A stretch of 64,000 bases of DNA from Eledone cirrhosa (lineage: Eukaryota), in the NCBI GenBank assembly GCA_964016885.1, contig OZ024741.1, positions 346,828,001-346,892,000 on the forward strand. The letters are read 5' to 3'. The position numbers and the translations under genes were made by a program. Of this stretch, positions 38,129 to 51,972 are shown one piece after another. The first letter of the stretch is position 1. Each line of letters begins with the position of its first letter. A model generated the notes under the pieces. That model saw nothing but the letters and a program-made list of their open reading frames with translations. It was not told the DNA's origin and did no database searches.

Positions 38129-38356
38129 GGTTGAAGAAGAGAGCAAAAGCAAGAAAGGAGCACGGTACGCTCCTGGAGTTGAGGGTTGTTCTATCGACGG
38201 GGTATTAAACAACCCATTTGTGGTGCTTCCCCCCTATTGGGGATTTCGATTGTTGTAATTGTTTGTCTTTACACGACTGTATGTAAATTCCCCGGCATGT
38301 CTTTGTATTGTCCCCTTTTCTTGTGCGCCCTTGTGGCAAATAAAGATATCTATCTA

Positions 38357-38411
<55 letters not shown>

Positions 38412-38859
38412 AACCAATCAATCAATCTCTCTATCTACCTATACATTAATATTCTACCGCTGTCTCATTATGTATACCTACACATATTTCCTTTTGAACA
38501 AGTACAGCATTTACATAAAAAAAGCACATACATCATTAGCAAATCGATCATAGTTAGATAGATGTAAAGGTAAAACATAGAGTTACCTATTGGGTATATT
38601 TGATAGAGTAACTATAGATTACATTTACTGTAATTGATTTAAATGAATGTAAAGGTAATATGGTGTTCACCAGAGTGACAAGAAGAAATTAAACTACACA
38701 GTTAGGTTTACGTGGAATGCTATATTCAAACATAATTAAATTAGATACTTTCCTTAAACCCCGTCAAATTCACGGGTACTATGTTAATATATATATAAAA
38801 ATAAATATATATGTGTGTGTATATATACATATTATATATATATATATAATATATATAAA

Positions 38860-38896
<37 letters not shown>

Positions 38897-39276
38897 TACA
38901 CCAAACGTTTTATTCAAATATATGTGGTTTATAAGAATAAATTAAAATAAATTGTATTTCAGATAACTCTAAACCGTAATAGATTGAAGACAGCACTGTA
39001 TCAAACTATTGTGATAAATATATCATTATTACAAGACCAGAATGTATATAATGCTCATAATATCGCTTTGAATTACTTAGTGTCTAGAGGTCACCGACAC
39101 TATACCTCGTTTATTGTCTCACCAAGGTTAACTAAATCTTAAGAAACATTTCATTTAGAGTAATTCATTCTGTTAAAAGCAAGTTAAATGGAGCTTACAA
39201 TGAATAAGTATTGCCTATAATTTGGATGTAGACGTATGTAAATAAATGTCCCCCCTCGGCGTCAACTCTATCTCTG

Positions 39277-39358
<82 letters not shown>

Positions 39359-40689
39359 AATACGTACATATATGTGAACACACGCTCAAGCCCATATACA
39401 CTCCCACATACATATGTATGTGTGTGTCTCTTTATTTAGGTATACGAGTATATAAGTGTAATTTTATGTTATCATTTGTAAGTATGGTTATAAAAGAATT
39501 TTACCATATAAATGAGAAGATATATATTTATGCGCTTCTAACTCAGGTAAACCTTCAAAGGAGAGACAGCTGTGGTTGTGTGTAGATATATAGTTAATAT
39601 ACTCATGTGTTCATTACTATGCATAGCGACAATTCGTCTCTTGTTACAAATATGGTTCATAAAACTAGTGATTTTAAGTTTGATGAGATTTGGATGCCAT
39701 TTACATTAAGTGGAGACGTTGCGATATAGTGTTTTCTAGTCAATTAATAAATAGACCCGGTCGTGCTATAAGTCAGACTAGCATATTTTTATTTAAAGCT
39801 AATATTCTGTTGATCATATATTTATGCAGACATATGGGTGGTAACTGTTAAAAAGAAAGTTCAATCTTAACTAAGGGTTGCCAAGTGGTGTTATGAGGCG
39901 AAGTTGTGAGTATTTTTCGCTGAAAGGTGGGTACTGGGTTGAAATATTTCAAGGCGGATGACCAGGTCGATACGTGTGTACATTGGAAATATTTATGTAT
40001 ATAATAACATGCATTTTATATATGATCGATAAGATATGAACTTCCTCTGAACACTTAATCGATAGAAATTGGGATCGAAATTATTTCTTATCTCTAAAAC
40101 TCATAATACCCTTAATACTCTTCTTTCAAATTTATGTATTTCTAGTGAAATGTATATCTTTTCATCATTGTATTATAAAATAACATAACATATACCATTG
40201 TTATTATACTTGTGTAAGACGGTGAGAGAGAGAGAGAGAGAGAGAGGTTCCTTCACACTCTTATATTACTCCTTGATAATAGCAGCCATATCCTTCACAA
40301 CTTATGCGTTACTATATTAAAACCAAAGAATCTGGAGTTTGAAAATCAGACGGTGGAGGGAGGGGGGGGGGGGGAGGGGTCAAAGTTAGAAAATAGATTT
40401 ACTTGCTGATTAGATGAAATCTTAAATTATATAGAACAGAAACATCAGCAGGATTATCTCTCGCCAGATGAACATTGTCCCCCGCAGTTTCACATAATAT
40501 CCAGTGTTACAGAAAAAGTTAATTTGATATTTCATTTCCGAGATGCGATAGGGATACAAATTAAATACATGAGTATGTGCTACCCGTTCATATACACGTG
40601 TAAACCTCAAATATCCACAGGAAAATTAAATGAGATATTGTGTATGCAAAGGCTGGCACTTTAAACTACAAATCCACACTTCCGACTTC

Positions 40690-40808
40690 GCATATTTATT
40701 CACAAGGATTGAGTTGACTGGTGGCTGTCAATATATCAGGTGAGGATTCGAAGCCAGGACGTCAGATATTCAGACGCAAACCTTTTCAGCATTTCACCAG
40801 AATCGCCC
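40690..40808 (-). mobile_element. Highly degraded tRNA-like SINE head
   Basis: TGGTGAAATG and GGCTTCGAATCC boxes only. Confidence 0.35.
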
Positions 40809-41914
40809 AAATTAATATCCGGCGTGATGCATAACAAATAACTCCCCATCAAAATAACGTCAATAACAATAACACTTAGAAAATCGCTTCAAATACATAA
40901 AAACAAATATCTACTTAACTAAATGTACATTTCTCAAATGTTAAAGCACAATATTGCAAAGAAATGCTAGCAGCGTATTTACATGATTGGCCGAACAACA
41001 GAAGAAAATGCAAAGTTAATATCCTTAAAATCACCTGACTTAAGATTTCGAACAGGTTCTTGACATCAACAGCACTGATGCCGCAAATATGCTCCTTTAT
41101 TGCAATATAAATCTAAATCAAAAGAAATGTATTTATTAGAGTTTGCGTATTGCGGAAACATGTAGAGAAACAGGAAATTACGTTAATCTCTATAAGTAAT
41201 CAATTTGCAATGATCAAAAATCTTTGACAACCGATAGAGGACTATTGCAATTAATTTCCCTTTATTTGTTGCAATATATTTAGCATGAAGCATTTTCACA
41301 TGATAGTACACTATATTATATCAACAATAGTACAGAATAATTAAATACATGACGTATATTTCATTATTAGTGTACTAAAGTATTGCACAACATTTCGTAT
41401 CTTATGGTTTCAGAGATTATGATCAGCAACATCGAAATATTTTTCTAGAATAAAAAGGGCGATTGCGTTATGTCCCCAAAGTGTTAAAATGATGCAGAAT
41501 ATATACATATGATGTAGTTAGCCGTGGCGTATAACTGATCTTGTACAGCTTATTTATTTCAGATTGTAGCACATTATAATAAATTGGGTCCACTATGAAG
41601 TAATCAATTTTCAGAAACCCTATGTACAATTTATATTAATCTTTATAGTATCCTCTTATAATCTTTATAGCATTACACAGTAAAATATACACAGGATAAT
41701 GGGCCGACGGATTTAAAACGGTATTCTCCCAATGAAACGTATACAGTTACCAATTCGGAGAAAGTTTTTCTAATATGTTCTGGGAGATATATATATATAT
41801 GTGTGTGTGTGTATGTGTGTGAGTGCGTGTGCGTGTGCGTGTGCGTGTGCATGTGCGTGCGCGCGCGCGTGTGTGTGTGTGTGTGTGTGTATTGGTGAAA
41901 TGCTGTGCAAATAG

Positions 41915-42210
41915 CTACTGGTTTCTACTATGCAAAGGCATCCAGTTGAAATCCAGCTGTAATTTAACACAGGTAACATTCGGAAAATATATGAGGGCAT
42001 CACAAAAGCGATCGGCCAAACCCAGATCGGCCTCAAATGCAGAACAGGCAAGGTTATCAAAGGTAAAAGAGAGCAGTTGGTGAGAAGGGTGGGATATTAC
42101 TACGAAATCTATGCCACGTCAACGCGTTCGACACCGTGAAACAACTAAAACTCATGGGGGAGCTAGATGCATTGCCGACTACTGAAGCTCTATGCAGATC
42201 CCGAACAGGC
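41915..42210 (+). pseudogene. RTE-like LINE fragment (endonuclease-RT linker)
   Basis: YWFLLCKGIQ..GNIRKIYEGITKAIG..LKCRTGKVIKGKREQL. Confidence 0.6.
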
Positions 42211-42481
42211 TAGATAAAATATCCCGAATCTCTCTGTGTTTTCAGGTTAGAAACTTTCACAATAGACATGATCTTCTGTCTTTATAGAAGCAACAGCAAT
42301 AAAAGACTCCGACCCAAACTAAATAGATAGCATGAGTGGAGTAGGAACAACCAAACTAAGAAAACAAACCAGACACACACACATAGAACAACTAACCAAA
42401 TAATAGCAAGTAGGAAAGAGAGAAAAATAAAAAGAACAAGGAATACATAAATAAACAAATAAATGTAGAACAAAGTAAATA

Positions 42482-42711
42482 ATTGTTTCTACTGTTGGCA
42501 CAAGGCCAGCAATTACCCAGGGCATTACTGCTACTTTATTTTATCGACCCCGTAAGGATGAAAGGCAAAGTTAACCTCGACATATATATACAATAATAAT
42601 TGTTTCTACTGTTGGCACAAGGCCAGCAATTACCCAGGGCATTACTGGTACTTTATTTTACCAACCCCGTAAGGATGAAAGGTAAAGTTAACCTCGGCAG
42701 GATTTGAACTC
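42482..42711 (-). mobile_element. Two adjacent 5'-truncated ATT-tailed SINE copies (42482-42579, 42599-42711)
   Basis: Match the SINE body and tail; near-identical to each other. Confidence 0.88.
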
Positions 42712-42824
42712 GTCGGAAGTAAATAATAACCACACACACAAACCCGGATATATCACGTGCAGCTCACACAATCAAGATAATGTGAGACAGATCAAAGGAG
42801 TGACACAAAATAATAGCAAAAATA

Positions 42825-42870
42825 GTCACTGATGATGTCACAAAATATGTGACGAAAGAGAGTTGATGAC
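42825..42870 (+). ncRNA. Hammerhead-like motif, stem III decayed
   Basis: GTCA-CTGATGA-T-GTCACA aaata TGTGAC-GAAA-..-TGAC. Confidence 0.6.
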
Positions 42871-43428
42871 AATCAACAACGTAACCACTATCAGATTATT
42901 AAACTAAGTGACTGCCTCCATAATAAATTGAAGTGAAATCGAGCATATTCGTATGTTTGTTTATCAGCAGCATGCTCCTCCAAACTACACATTATATATA
43001 CACTATTAGGTTTCTACTAGAATCGTGGCAGTTCTGGTAACTTCACTAAGCTGAGATACAAGACATATTGATATATAAGCAGACTTAAAATCTATTAATA
43101 AATATCTATGGAAGTCATTTATATTGTTCTTCATGAAGATAGATTTATTGGTTTTTTGTTGTCGCTTTTTTTTTTAGTGACTGTTTTTTTTTTTAAAGTA
43201 ATGGGTGTAGTGTAGGTAGTTTGGTTTATACTGCAGGTGAAATTTGGCTAACGAGAAATATGATCCATTGCAATGCGGGAGAGAACGCATTTTTGTAAAT
43301 ATTAGGACTATAATTTTTAAAGTGACCTAAATATATAAAAGGTGATTATTTGTCACATCTTTACAATCCAATAAACCAGAGACACATATCTTAACTACTA
43401 TAAATAACAGGAATAATACCAAAATACC

Positions 43429-44660
43429 ATGTCCAATCAATAAGGCTCCATTAATAAAACTCCCAATATCATCCATAAATCAAGCAAAAAACAATAAATC
43501 AAAAACCAATACAATTCAAAAATCTACTAAACAATTTGTTCACTCCCCTAATAACAATCACAATATTATAGTATCATCTGATAACCAAATCTACCCTCAA
43601 GCTTATATACATACCCAATATAACAATAGGAAACCAATTAGAAACGATAAAAGTACGTAACATGGTATAATGCTCCGTTTAATTTGTAAACTATTGGCCA
43701 AATCCCTAAAAATGTTTTTGAAATTCTCGATAAACATTTCCCATCTAACCACAAATACCACCAAATCTTAAATATATATACAGTAACATTTTCTTACTCC
43801 ACATCGAGCAATATACAACAAAGAATAAGTGCATATGACATCTATAAATGTAAACAATCTGCATGTATACCACTTGCACAGCACACACAAACTAACTATA
43901 ATAATACTACAACGCATAATCAGAATATTATTACCTATTCACCAGTTACATCCACTCACTCACTTCCCCAACACAATACATCAGGCTACAACCAGCTACC
44001 ATCTTCCTCATCCTTAATAGGAACTAAGTATTACATACCCAATCTGACCAATAAATTCCAAAACAACCATGATTCTATAAACACTATATCCCCTATAATT
44101 TCACCAACTAACAACCCTTCGAACCATGACCACCCAACCGCAAACCTTTCTCTCTCATATAAAAATGTAAATACAAATACTAGCACTGTTATTAGGAATA
44201 TAGCAAGCACATCTGAAACCCTTGTACAAACGGTTGTAATTGTAGAGTAAAAACGAATTTCCCCTTAAAGGCAAATTGCTTAATTAATAATATAGTGTAT
44301 AAATGTGTAATTACCACTAAGGACTCTAATCAATCCTATATTGGATCCACATCTAATCCGTTTAAATCGAGATTTTATGCACACACCCACAGTTTTAGAA
44401 ACACAAGATTAGCTAATACCACTTCTTTACCGGAAGCGGTTAATAATTGTAAAAAGAAGAACATTAACTATAAACTAACTTGGGCGATTCTCAAAAGAGC
44501 CATTTGTTATCAGGGCAATAGAAAGGAGTGTGGACAATGTTCCCAAAAATGTTTTGAAATTACTAAATCGAAAACATTCAATTAAACAAAAGACAAACAT
44601 TTTTATCGCATGTAACCATAGAATTAGAAAGACATTCAAGTATTATAATTACAACTAAAC
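43429..44660 (+). mobile_element. Naiad-type PLE remnant: thumb, long linker and GIY-YIG endonuclease; no RT core visible
   Basis: WYNAPFN..ILDKHFPSNHKYHQI..FSYS; CNCR..PL..CL..IVYKC..YIGST..FKSRFYAH..SF..LTWAI..CGQC. Confidence 0.85.
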
Positions 44661-44694
44661 TAATAAAGAAAAAGATATAAAAGCATATATATAT

Positions 44695-46570
44695 GTTCTT
44701 TTTAGCAGAGTATTTAAAAGAAGCGACATGTGCATAAATCCTGGTTTGAAACCTGTCCTGAGTCATGCCAACATATCGTTCACTCCTGGCTGGCTCGTTA
44801 TTAACAAAAGGTGTCACTTTAGCCTCATATAAAACGGATTTGATGTTACATTTGCCCTGTAATGGGAATTCATCCGGCTTCCTGCAACTGCATCCTGGAT
44901 TTATTCTCGTACGATTAGAATTGTTGATTTTAAACTCATTGATGGGCAGCAAGAGTAACTGATTTTAACTACATTTCTATTAAATATTTTATAATATCTA
45001 TGATTAAGAGGAAAATGTTTGTCTAAGAGGTCAAGGAATTTCCTTCCTACATTAGTTTTGACAGTTAGAGAGGGGGGTGTGTGTAAACAAAATAATTTTC
45101 TTTTTTCTATTATTGTGATTGGTTTTAGAGGGAGGAGTAGGTAAATATTTAATATGTTCTGTAAAGCCGCTGTTATTAAGGGCTTTATTATAATAAGGGG
45201 CGGATTTGTTAAAAATGTCTAGAGACGGAGATAAGGTAGAAATATTGGGAATGAGATTTTTAAAAACTATAGGACGATGGCAAGACTCTTTGTGTGTATC
45301 TCTAAGATTTTCGTTAGGTTTATGATAAGGTTTAAAAGAGGCAGTAAGTAGATCAAGATTAATATCAAGAACGTTAACATTGGTAAGGTTCGTATCTATA
45401 GTAATTTTATGGTTTAGATTAGCAAAAGTATTGATTAAATCTTTACTGAATTTATCAAGGTTATGGCCTTTGGTGGTATGAGAAACTGCCAATCCGTCGT
45501 CACGGTATAAACCAACATTATGGGAAGGAAATTTCTCTTTAAGGGTGTGGAGAAGGAATAATCCTACTAAGTCACATACATCCGCACTGTCATATGAACC
45601 GATTGCAACATCAAAAGAGTTTTCAGGGTTTTACTTTTTAACCCAAATACTTTCATTAGTAAAGAGTAGAGTTTTTCTAGCATGAAAGATAATGTCTTCT
45701 TCTAATTTAGAAATATTAATGAAGGGTCTTGCAAAATCTAAGGCTCTAGTTAATAAGGAAACAGTATATAGAGGGGTAAAAATCAACAATATCAATATTT
45801 TTACCTTGTATATTATTAAACCAAGAAATAACAGAGGATATATTTAACCATTGTGATAAGTCAGTATTAGTTCTAATTTGGAGTATTTATTTTTCTTAAG
45901 ATATTTTTACTTGCAAGGCCAACTTCGAATTTAGCCGGGTTAATCAGTCTACAGCTAGATCGATGAGTAAAGTCTAATTTATGGTCTTTAATGGTAATAT
46001 ATCTTTACGTTTAGCTAGGCTTTCAATCCGGTTGTCTATTTTTAAAACACTAGCTAGTTATTTAGCTTCTTTATTAATAGTATTGTAGATGTTATTATTA
46101 GTTAATTGATACTTGTTGGTGATACTATTAGTTAAAAGTTGGTTATACAAAATACTATTAACTTCAAAGAGATTTTTAATTTTATCGGAAAGAACAAAAG
46201 TGTTTGTAGAATTTTTAAAATTAGAAATATCGTTAGAAAGTTTAGTTTGAAAATTATTATTGTACTTACGAAATTTGATATCACTAATTAAATTAACAAG
46301 GTCTAATTCGAAGTTGGCCATGTCTTTAATTCTAGGTGGGTATTTACGGGATTTTATGTCAAAACAATCATTTGTATCAGCACTGAATAGTCCATCTTAA
46401 ACCATTGGCTTCCATTTCATTCTTTTAACAACTTGTTCGATTTTATCTATAAGCAGTTTGGTATAAGTTGTGTTGGAAGGAGTAGGTATATTTTTGATTG
46501 AACAATCCAATTAATAAAGGTCCATGGTGTATGTTGGTTAAATTCCTGAAAACTGGAGAGTGCTCAACTA
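44695..46570 (-). mobile_element. Near full-length decayed Naiad-type PLE (RT + partial GIY-YIG)
   Basis: ATG at 46525: SIKNIPTPS..LIDKIE..RMKWK; SDKIKN; FDVAIGSYDSADVCDLVGLFLL; GLYRDDGL; CSCR..VLYEAKV..YVGMT; TTTTCAG acceptor-like site upstream of the ATG. Confidence 0.9.
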
Positions 46571-46965
46571 ATCGGGCTGGAAAGTGCCAATCATATATGT
46601 AATATAGAATATGCTTCAATCAATCCCGGTTGGAACTGTGTAAATGAAGTAATTCCGTCGGAAAGGTCAAGGAAATAAGATCTGTAACAGGATTGACATT
46701 CCACCGATGACTCAACCACCTTGAAATTCTTCTCTGCTCTCTACCCCTTACATCCACTACGATTTTTATTACTTTCTGAACTCACTTCTGTACTCTTATA
46801 TTCTTTTTCTCACTTGCCTCCCCCTTATATTTAAACTTTTTCCTGTCATTTATTTTTCTTATTACCCCCCTACTTTCTACCTTACCCTTTACATACCTAC
46901 CTTTTTTATTTATATATATTTATTTCTGTGTGTATATATGTGTTGTGTATATGTGTATATATGTA

Positions 46966-47007
<42 letters not shown>

Positions 47008-47083
47008 ATTATATATATCTGTATGTATATGTATATGTATGTGTGTATATAGTTGTATGTTATATAATTATGTATGATGTATA

Positions 47084-47242
<159 letters not shown>

Positions 47243-47397
47243 ATATGTGTGTGTATTTTTATTAAGGTGGTAACGTAACTTTTTGTAGATATATGTGTGT
47301 GTATGTGTATTTTTATATATATGTATATGTTTCTATGTGTATATATATATAATTGCCTCAGAGACGGCTTGAGCTCTGTCGTTGGGTTCATACAATT

Positions 47398-47437
<40 letters not shown>

Positions 47438-47734
47438 GTATGTATATGTGTTTATATATGTGTGTATTTGTATGGTTTAGTGTGTGTGTTTGTATGTATA
47501 TGTGTATATATATGCATAATTACATACAGAGTGATTTAATGTTTATTTTCATTGATTATTTGCTCCTGGAACGTGTTGAGCGCTCTATATCAGCTATAAA
47601 CATTTATACCTTTATCTCTTTATTTGTTTATTTATTATTTGTCATAATCCCAACTATTTGTTCACTCCTTTCAGCTTTTTTATTTTTTATATATAATATT
47701 TATATATAATATTTATATATAATATTTAGGTCGA

Positions 47735-48345
47735 TTTGTATTAATCTCCAGAGTCTAGCTATTGACCAGTTAATTTTCTTGATTTTTTAGTTGATTCTAT
47801 TGACTGTTGAATAGCTTAAGTTAACTTTAATCCTTCTGTTGAGAACTCTATTCGATTTGTGATTTTTGCATTCTTGCAATAATATACACAACTGAATTCA
47901 TTCGCCTAAAATAAGGGTTGCCTCCCGTGCCGATGCCCACGTGGGGTCAGTAATAGTCATTCCTTAAATTAGCATAGACCAAAAACCTGTTAAAAAAGTG
48001 GCTTCCTTATTCAATCATCTTACCAGAAGCCTAACATCATTTATGTAAGCGGACAGTACTTGATTTAGGAGTCGCAGAAACCCAAATGCTGGATTTTAGC
48101 AACCATCCAGGGGTCCGGGTAAATTTTCAATCACATATATTTTTATTTGTTTGACCCGAATTACTTGATCGTTTGTTTGGCTTGCGGATAATTGTTTAAC
48201 CATCGTTTCAGTGTGTTTGGCCTTTAACGTACGTCGTACCTCTGGTTCATCTGAATCATTGAGCACTTGCCACACATCTCGGAGGTTGTTTTTCGTTATT
48301 TCATAGGCCGAAATAACGATTCTCGATAATTTATATTTGTATTTT
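47735..48345. repeat. One monomer of a ~580-600 bp repeat (tandem at 59379-60319)
   Basis: Collinear with 59735-60319. Confidence 0.88.
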
Positions 48346-48413
48346 ATATATATATATATATATATATACAAGGTCCAATGAATACATCAAATAATGAGTT
48401 TTACACACTTACA

Positions 48414-48491
<78 letters not shown>

Positions 48492-48546
48492 GGTGTGTGT
48501 GTGTATGTATATATATATGTATATATATGTATGTATGTGTATATAT

Positions 48547-49100
48547 CTATCTATCTAAGGCGGGTAAAATTCCCGAGATCCATGGACGAGTTCTCTCCAG
48601 CAGTCTCTGTCCCTCATTATCGCTGCCATATCCTGCATCTCCAACAGACCAGTGTCTGTCCTTAGGGCATCAACATATGTTAACCTTGGTCTTCCACTTC
48701 TAGTGTGTCCATGTAGGGGCTCCCAAAGTATTTGGGAGCAAAGATTGGGAATACGGAAGATGATGTGGTTGAGAGGAAGAGCAAGGCCTGGGCGGCGTGT
48801 CACAGCTTGAGATCGGTGTGGAAGTCGGACCTTCGTAGAGACCTGATAATCAGCCTCTTCATTGCTGTAGTGGAGTCTGTGCTGCTGTATGGGTCTGAGA
48901 CTTGGACACTGACCAACAGACTCATTCAGATGGTGGATGGGTGCTACACAAGAATGCTGAGGATGGCTCTGAACATTAATCAGTATACACTGAGGATGAA
49001 AAACTCAGAGCTGTATGGGAGCATCCCAAAAGTCAGCTCAAAAGTGACACAGAGGAGACAGGTTGGCTGGACATGCTCACCGACATCCAGAGTTGACATT
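48547..49100 (-). mobile_element. RTE-like LINE 3' end with 5' inversion
   Basis: Minus strand: [22 protein letters not shown] plus ATAG tail; plus strand: KYLG..ESVLLYGSETW..LAGHAHRHPEL. Confidence 0.88.
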
Positions 49101-49494
49101 GCACTCAATGTGTATATATATATGTTTGTATATGTATGTGTATATGTATGTATATGTGCATGTGTGTGTGCATGTATTTATTTATATGTATGTATGTGTA
49201 TGTGTAATTGTGTGTATTGCTTACCACGTGTGTTTGTTCATTTATTTGTGTCCTTTCCTGTATCGCTGTCAACTTCATAATAATTTTTACATTTATTTTT
49301 ATTTTTATGTGACCCCCGATATGGTCGTCTATTGTTTTTTTATTTGTATTATTATATTTTTTCTTATAATTGATTGTGTGTGTGCATATGTAGGTGTGTG
49401 TACATATATCTATATTTGTGTGTGCGTATGTATGCGTGTATGTATGTGTGTATGTATGTGTGTGTATGTACGTGTGTATGTATGTATGATTATG

Positions 49495-49530
<36 letters not shown>

Positions 49531-49837
49531 CATGTGTGTGTTTGTGTATTTGTTTGTATGTGTATGTATGGATATGTGGATATATATGTGTGTATGTATA
49601 TGTATATGCATGTGTATTTGTACGTGTATTAATATGTGTATTTTTATATATATATGTATATATATGTATATATATATATGTGCGCGCGCGTGTGTGTTGG
49701 CGTGTGTGTGTGTGCATGTGTGTTTATCTACTTCTATAGTTATTCTTTTTCCTTTCCTTCTTCCTTTTCCAGCCTCACATTCATATATATTATATTTTTG
49801 TTTTTAAAATCCACTGTCAATAAATACACCAGGGCTT

Positions 49838-49898
49838 TTTCATTCTGATGATTGAAAGCAAAATTTGTTTGCTTTCAAGAAACCACTGGTAAATGAAA
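49838..49898 (+). ncRNA. Type I hammerhead ribozyme, all core positions intact (GUA, predicted cut after 49891)
   Basis: TTTCATT-CTGATGA-TTGAAAGCAAA atttg TTTGCTTTCAA-GAAA-CC act GG-TA-AATGAAA. Confidence 0.88.
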
Positions 49899-49993
49899 TA
49901 ATCATCTTATGTTGTTTATTACATAACTATTAAGCTCTGTAACCTACATAGGGCACTCTATGTTCCTGGACATTTAGGACGGAATTACTTCAT

Positions 49994-50024
<31 letters not shown>

Positions 50025-50041
50025 ATTTAAAATATATATAT

Positions 50042-50880
50042 ATGGTGGCTGCCAACTCGTTTTCGAGTACGGCCACTACTTTATATCCATGTAGGAGAAC
50101 CCCTACCGATGCGCTGAACGAGTGTGACTTTTTAGTCCAGCCAGCGACTTGAAAACTCTGGTACAAACGCTATACTTGTGACAATTATTGACACATAGTG
50201 CTGGGCCCATGGTACCATGTGACGACAAGTGCAGAGGGATCTCCAGATATAAAGCAATGCCTGTGCCGCGAAGCTTTTATAGTGAGCAAAGGCACTGCAC
50301 AAAGCCTGTCCCACTCTCGTAACCAATTGATATTTACCAAAACGAAGAAAAAGTCAACATCATTGGATACCATCAGGGTTGCAGGTGTTATATCAGAGTT
50401 TTCCTTCTCCTAGAATTCTGCCTTGACAAAGGCTAAGGGGTCATCTCTCCCGGTGATTTTGGATGGGCATTGACTCTTAAAAGCTCCTTTGCTCTTTGAC
50501 AGGTTTTGTTTTATTCCTGCAGGATGTCCAAAGTCACCCTCCTCACCAAGAAACCTTGGTGGGTTTGCCAGTTCAGTCGCCAACGACCCGACCATGGGAC
50601 AGGTTGTACTGGGATACATGTTACCAGTAGCACCAACTGGTGACCTGACATAACGTGTGCGCGCCGACATGCCCTGTCCCTCCTCAATCGAGTGAGCGAA
50701 GAAACTACGGAAGTGGCGGTTTTTCATCGACGCAAAGGCGCACGGTACCTGACCGACGGCGAACGCCGCCGCAAAGCCGGTCGGTCGGTGAAGAGCGGGA
50801 GCCGACCCGCACGCAACGCCGCCGCCAACCGAGAGACGCAAGAATGCTCCCGCCTATGCTACGCCTACCGTGTTCCCTCA
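50042..50880 (+). repeat. Longer copy of the unclassified repeat seen at 20671-21027, with GC-rich right end
   Basis: First ~360 bp match; bounded by (TA)n. Confidence 0.75.
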
Positions 50881-50935
50881 CATAATATATATATATACAT
50901 ACATACATATATACATACATATATATATATATATA

Positions 50936-51788
50936 GTAATAATAATAAATTTGAAGACTAAAATCCAAAGAGGGCTCGATACACGCAAACAAAAACGTAC
51001 ATACATAAGCATACGCAAAAACTTACCATAGGTAAACAAAACCACGCACATATAAATATGTGTGTGTGTAAGCGTGTATACAAATAAATAAATAATTATA
51101 TAAACGTATATAAATAAATAAATACGTATATAACAAGCGCACACACATACCTACATGTAAATACACGAATGTTCGGAGACGTAAGTCAACCAAAACATGA
51201 AGTACACATATACACACGCCCTACAAGTTTTTGCGTATGCTTGTGTATGTACGTTTTTGTTTGCGTGTATGTATTTATTTATTTCTATTACTTCTGTATT
51301 GTATTTATTTACTTTGTTCTTAACTCTGTAGCGGAGATTCATTTGGTCTCCGAGTTAGAATTTTAGTCTACGACTTCTGCTATACCATTTACGTGGTTTT
51401 GTCTTTGCGTGCTATTGTTCTCCACGCTCCACATATGACGTATTATCTTCGTTTTTTTCGTTCATTGCCAGAGAACGTCTCTATGCACCACCTAAGAGAA
51501 CATTAGTCTACGATCTCTTTTATACCATAAACGTGGTTCTGTCTGCGCGTAATTGTTTTTTACCGCTCCTATTAATGACGTATTATATTCGTTTTTTCCC
51601 GTTCTTAGCCAGCGAACGTTTCCACGAACCAAAGTATCGTCTTCCTGTCTTCCTCCGGTTGCAACGTTTTTTGAAATATTCATATATAGTTCTGCGTTTT
51701 CAGATTGATTTTGTTAGTTTCAGAAGATCCCGTTAAGGGTGAAAGCAGCGATTCTTTGCTTAAACTTTAATATGTTATTTTAATAAAT
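50936..51788 (+). mobile_element. Non-coding (TA)n-flanked element; partial copy 54211-54545 (-), internally deleted copy 59228-59337 (+)
   Basis: Shared ends AGTAA..AATAATAAA..TGAAGACTAAAA and ATCCCGTTAAGGGTGAAAGCAGCGA..CTTTAAT..GTTATTTTAAT. Confidence 0.75.
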
Positions 51789-51938
51789 ATATATATATAT
51801 ATATCAATTCGAACACATGTATGTTTATATTTGTGTTTATGTCTCTTGTATGTTCAATTATATTACAAGGCACAGAAAAACTTCTTTCTTAGAGCTTTAT
51901 AATTGTAAGAGACTATTTTGAGTTTCTAACACAGTATA

Positions 51939-51972
<34 letters not shown>

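Larger units (their letters stand above)
32633..38346 (+). mobile_element. Full-length but decayed Tx1-like LINE inserted in (ATCT)n
   Basis: 5'UTR, ORF1, ORF2 and 3'UTR with AATAAA; (TATC)n at 32527-32604 and 38347-38411. Confidence 0.93.
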
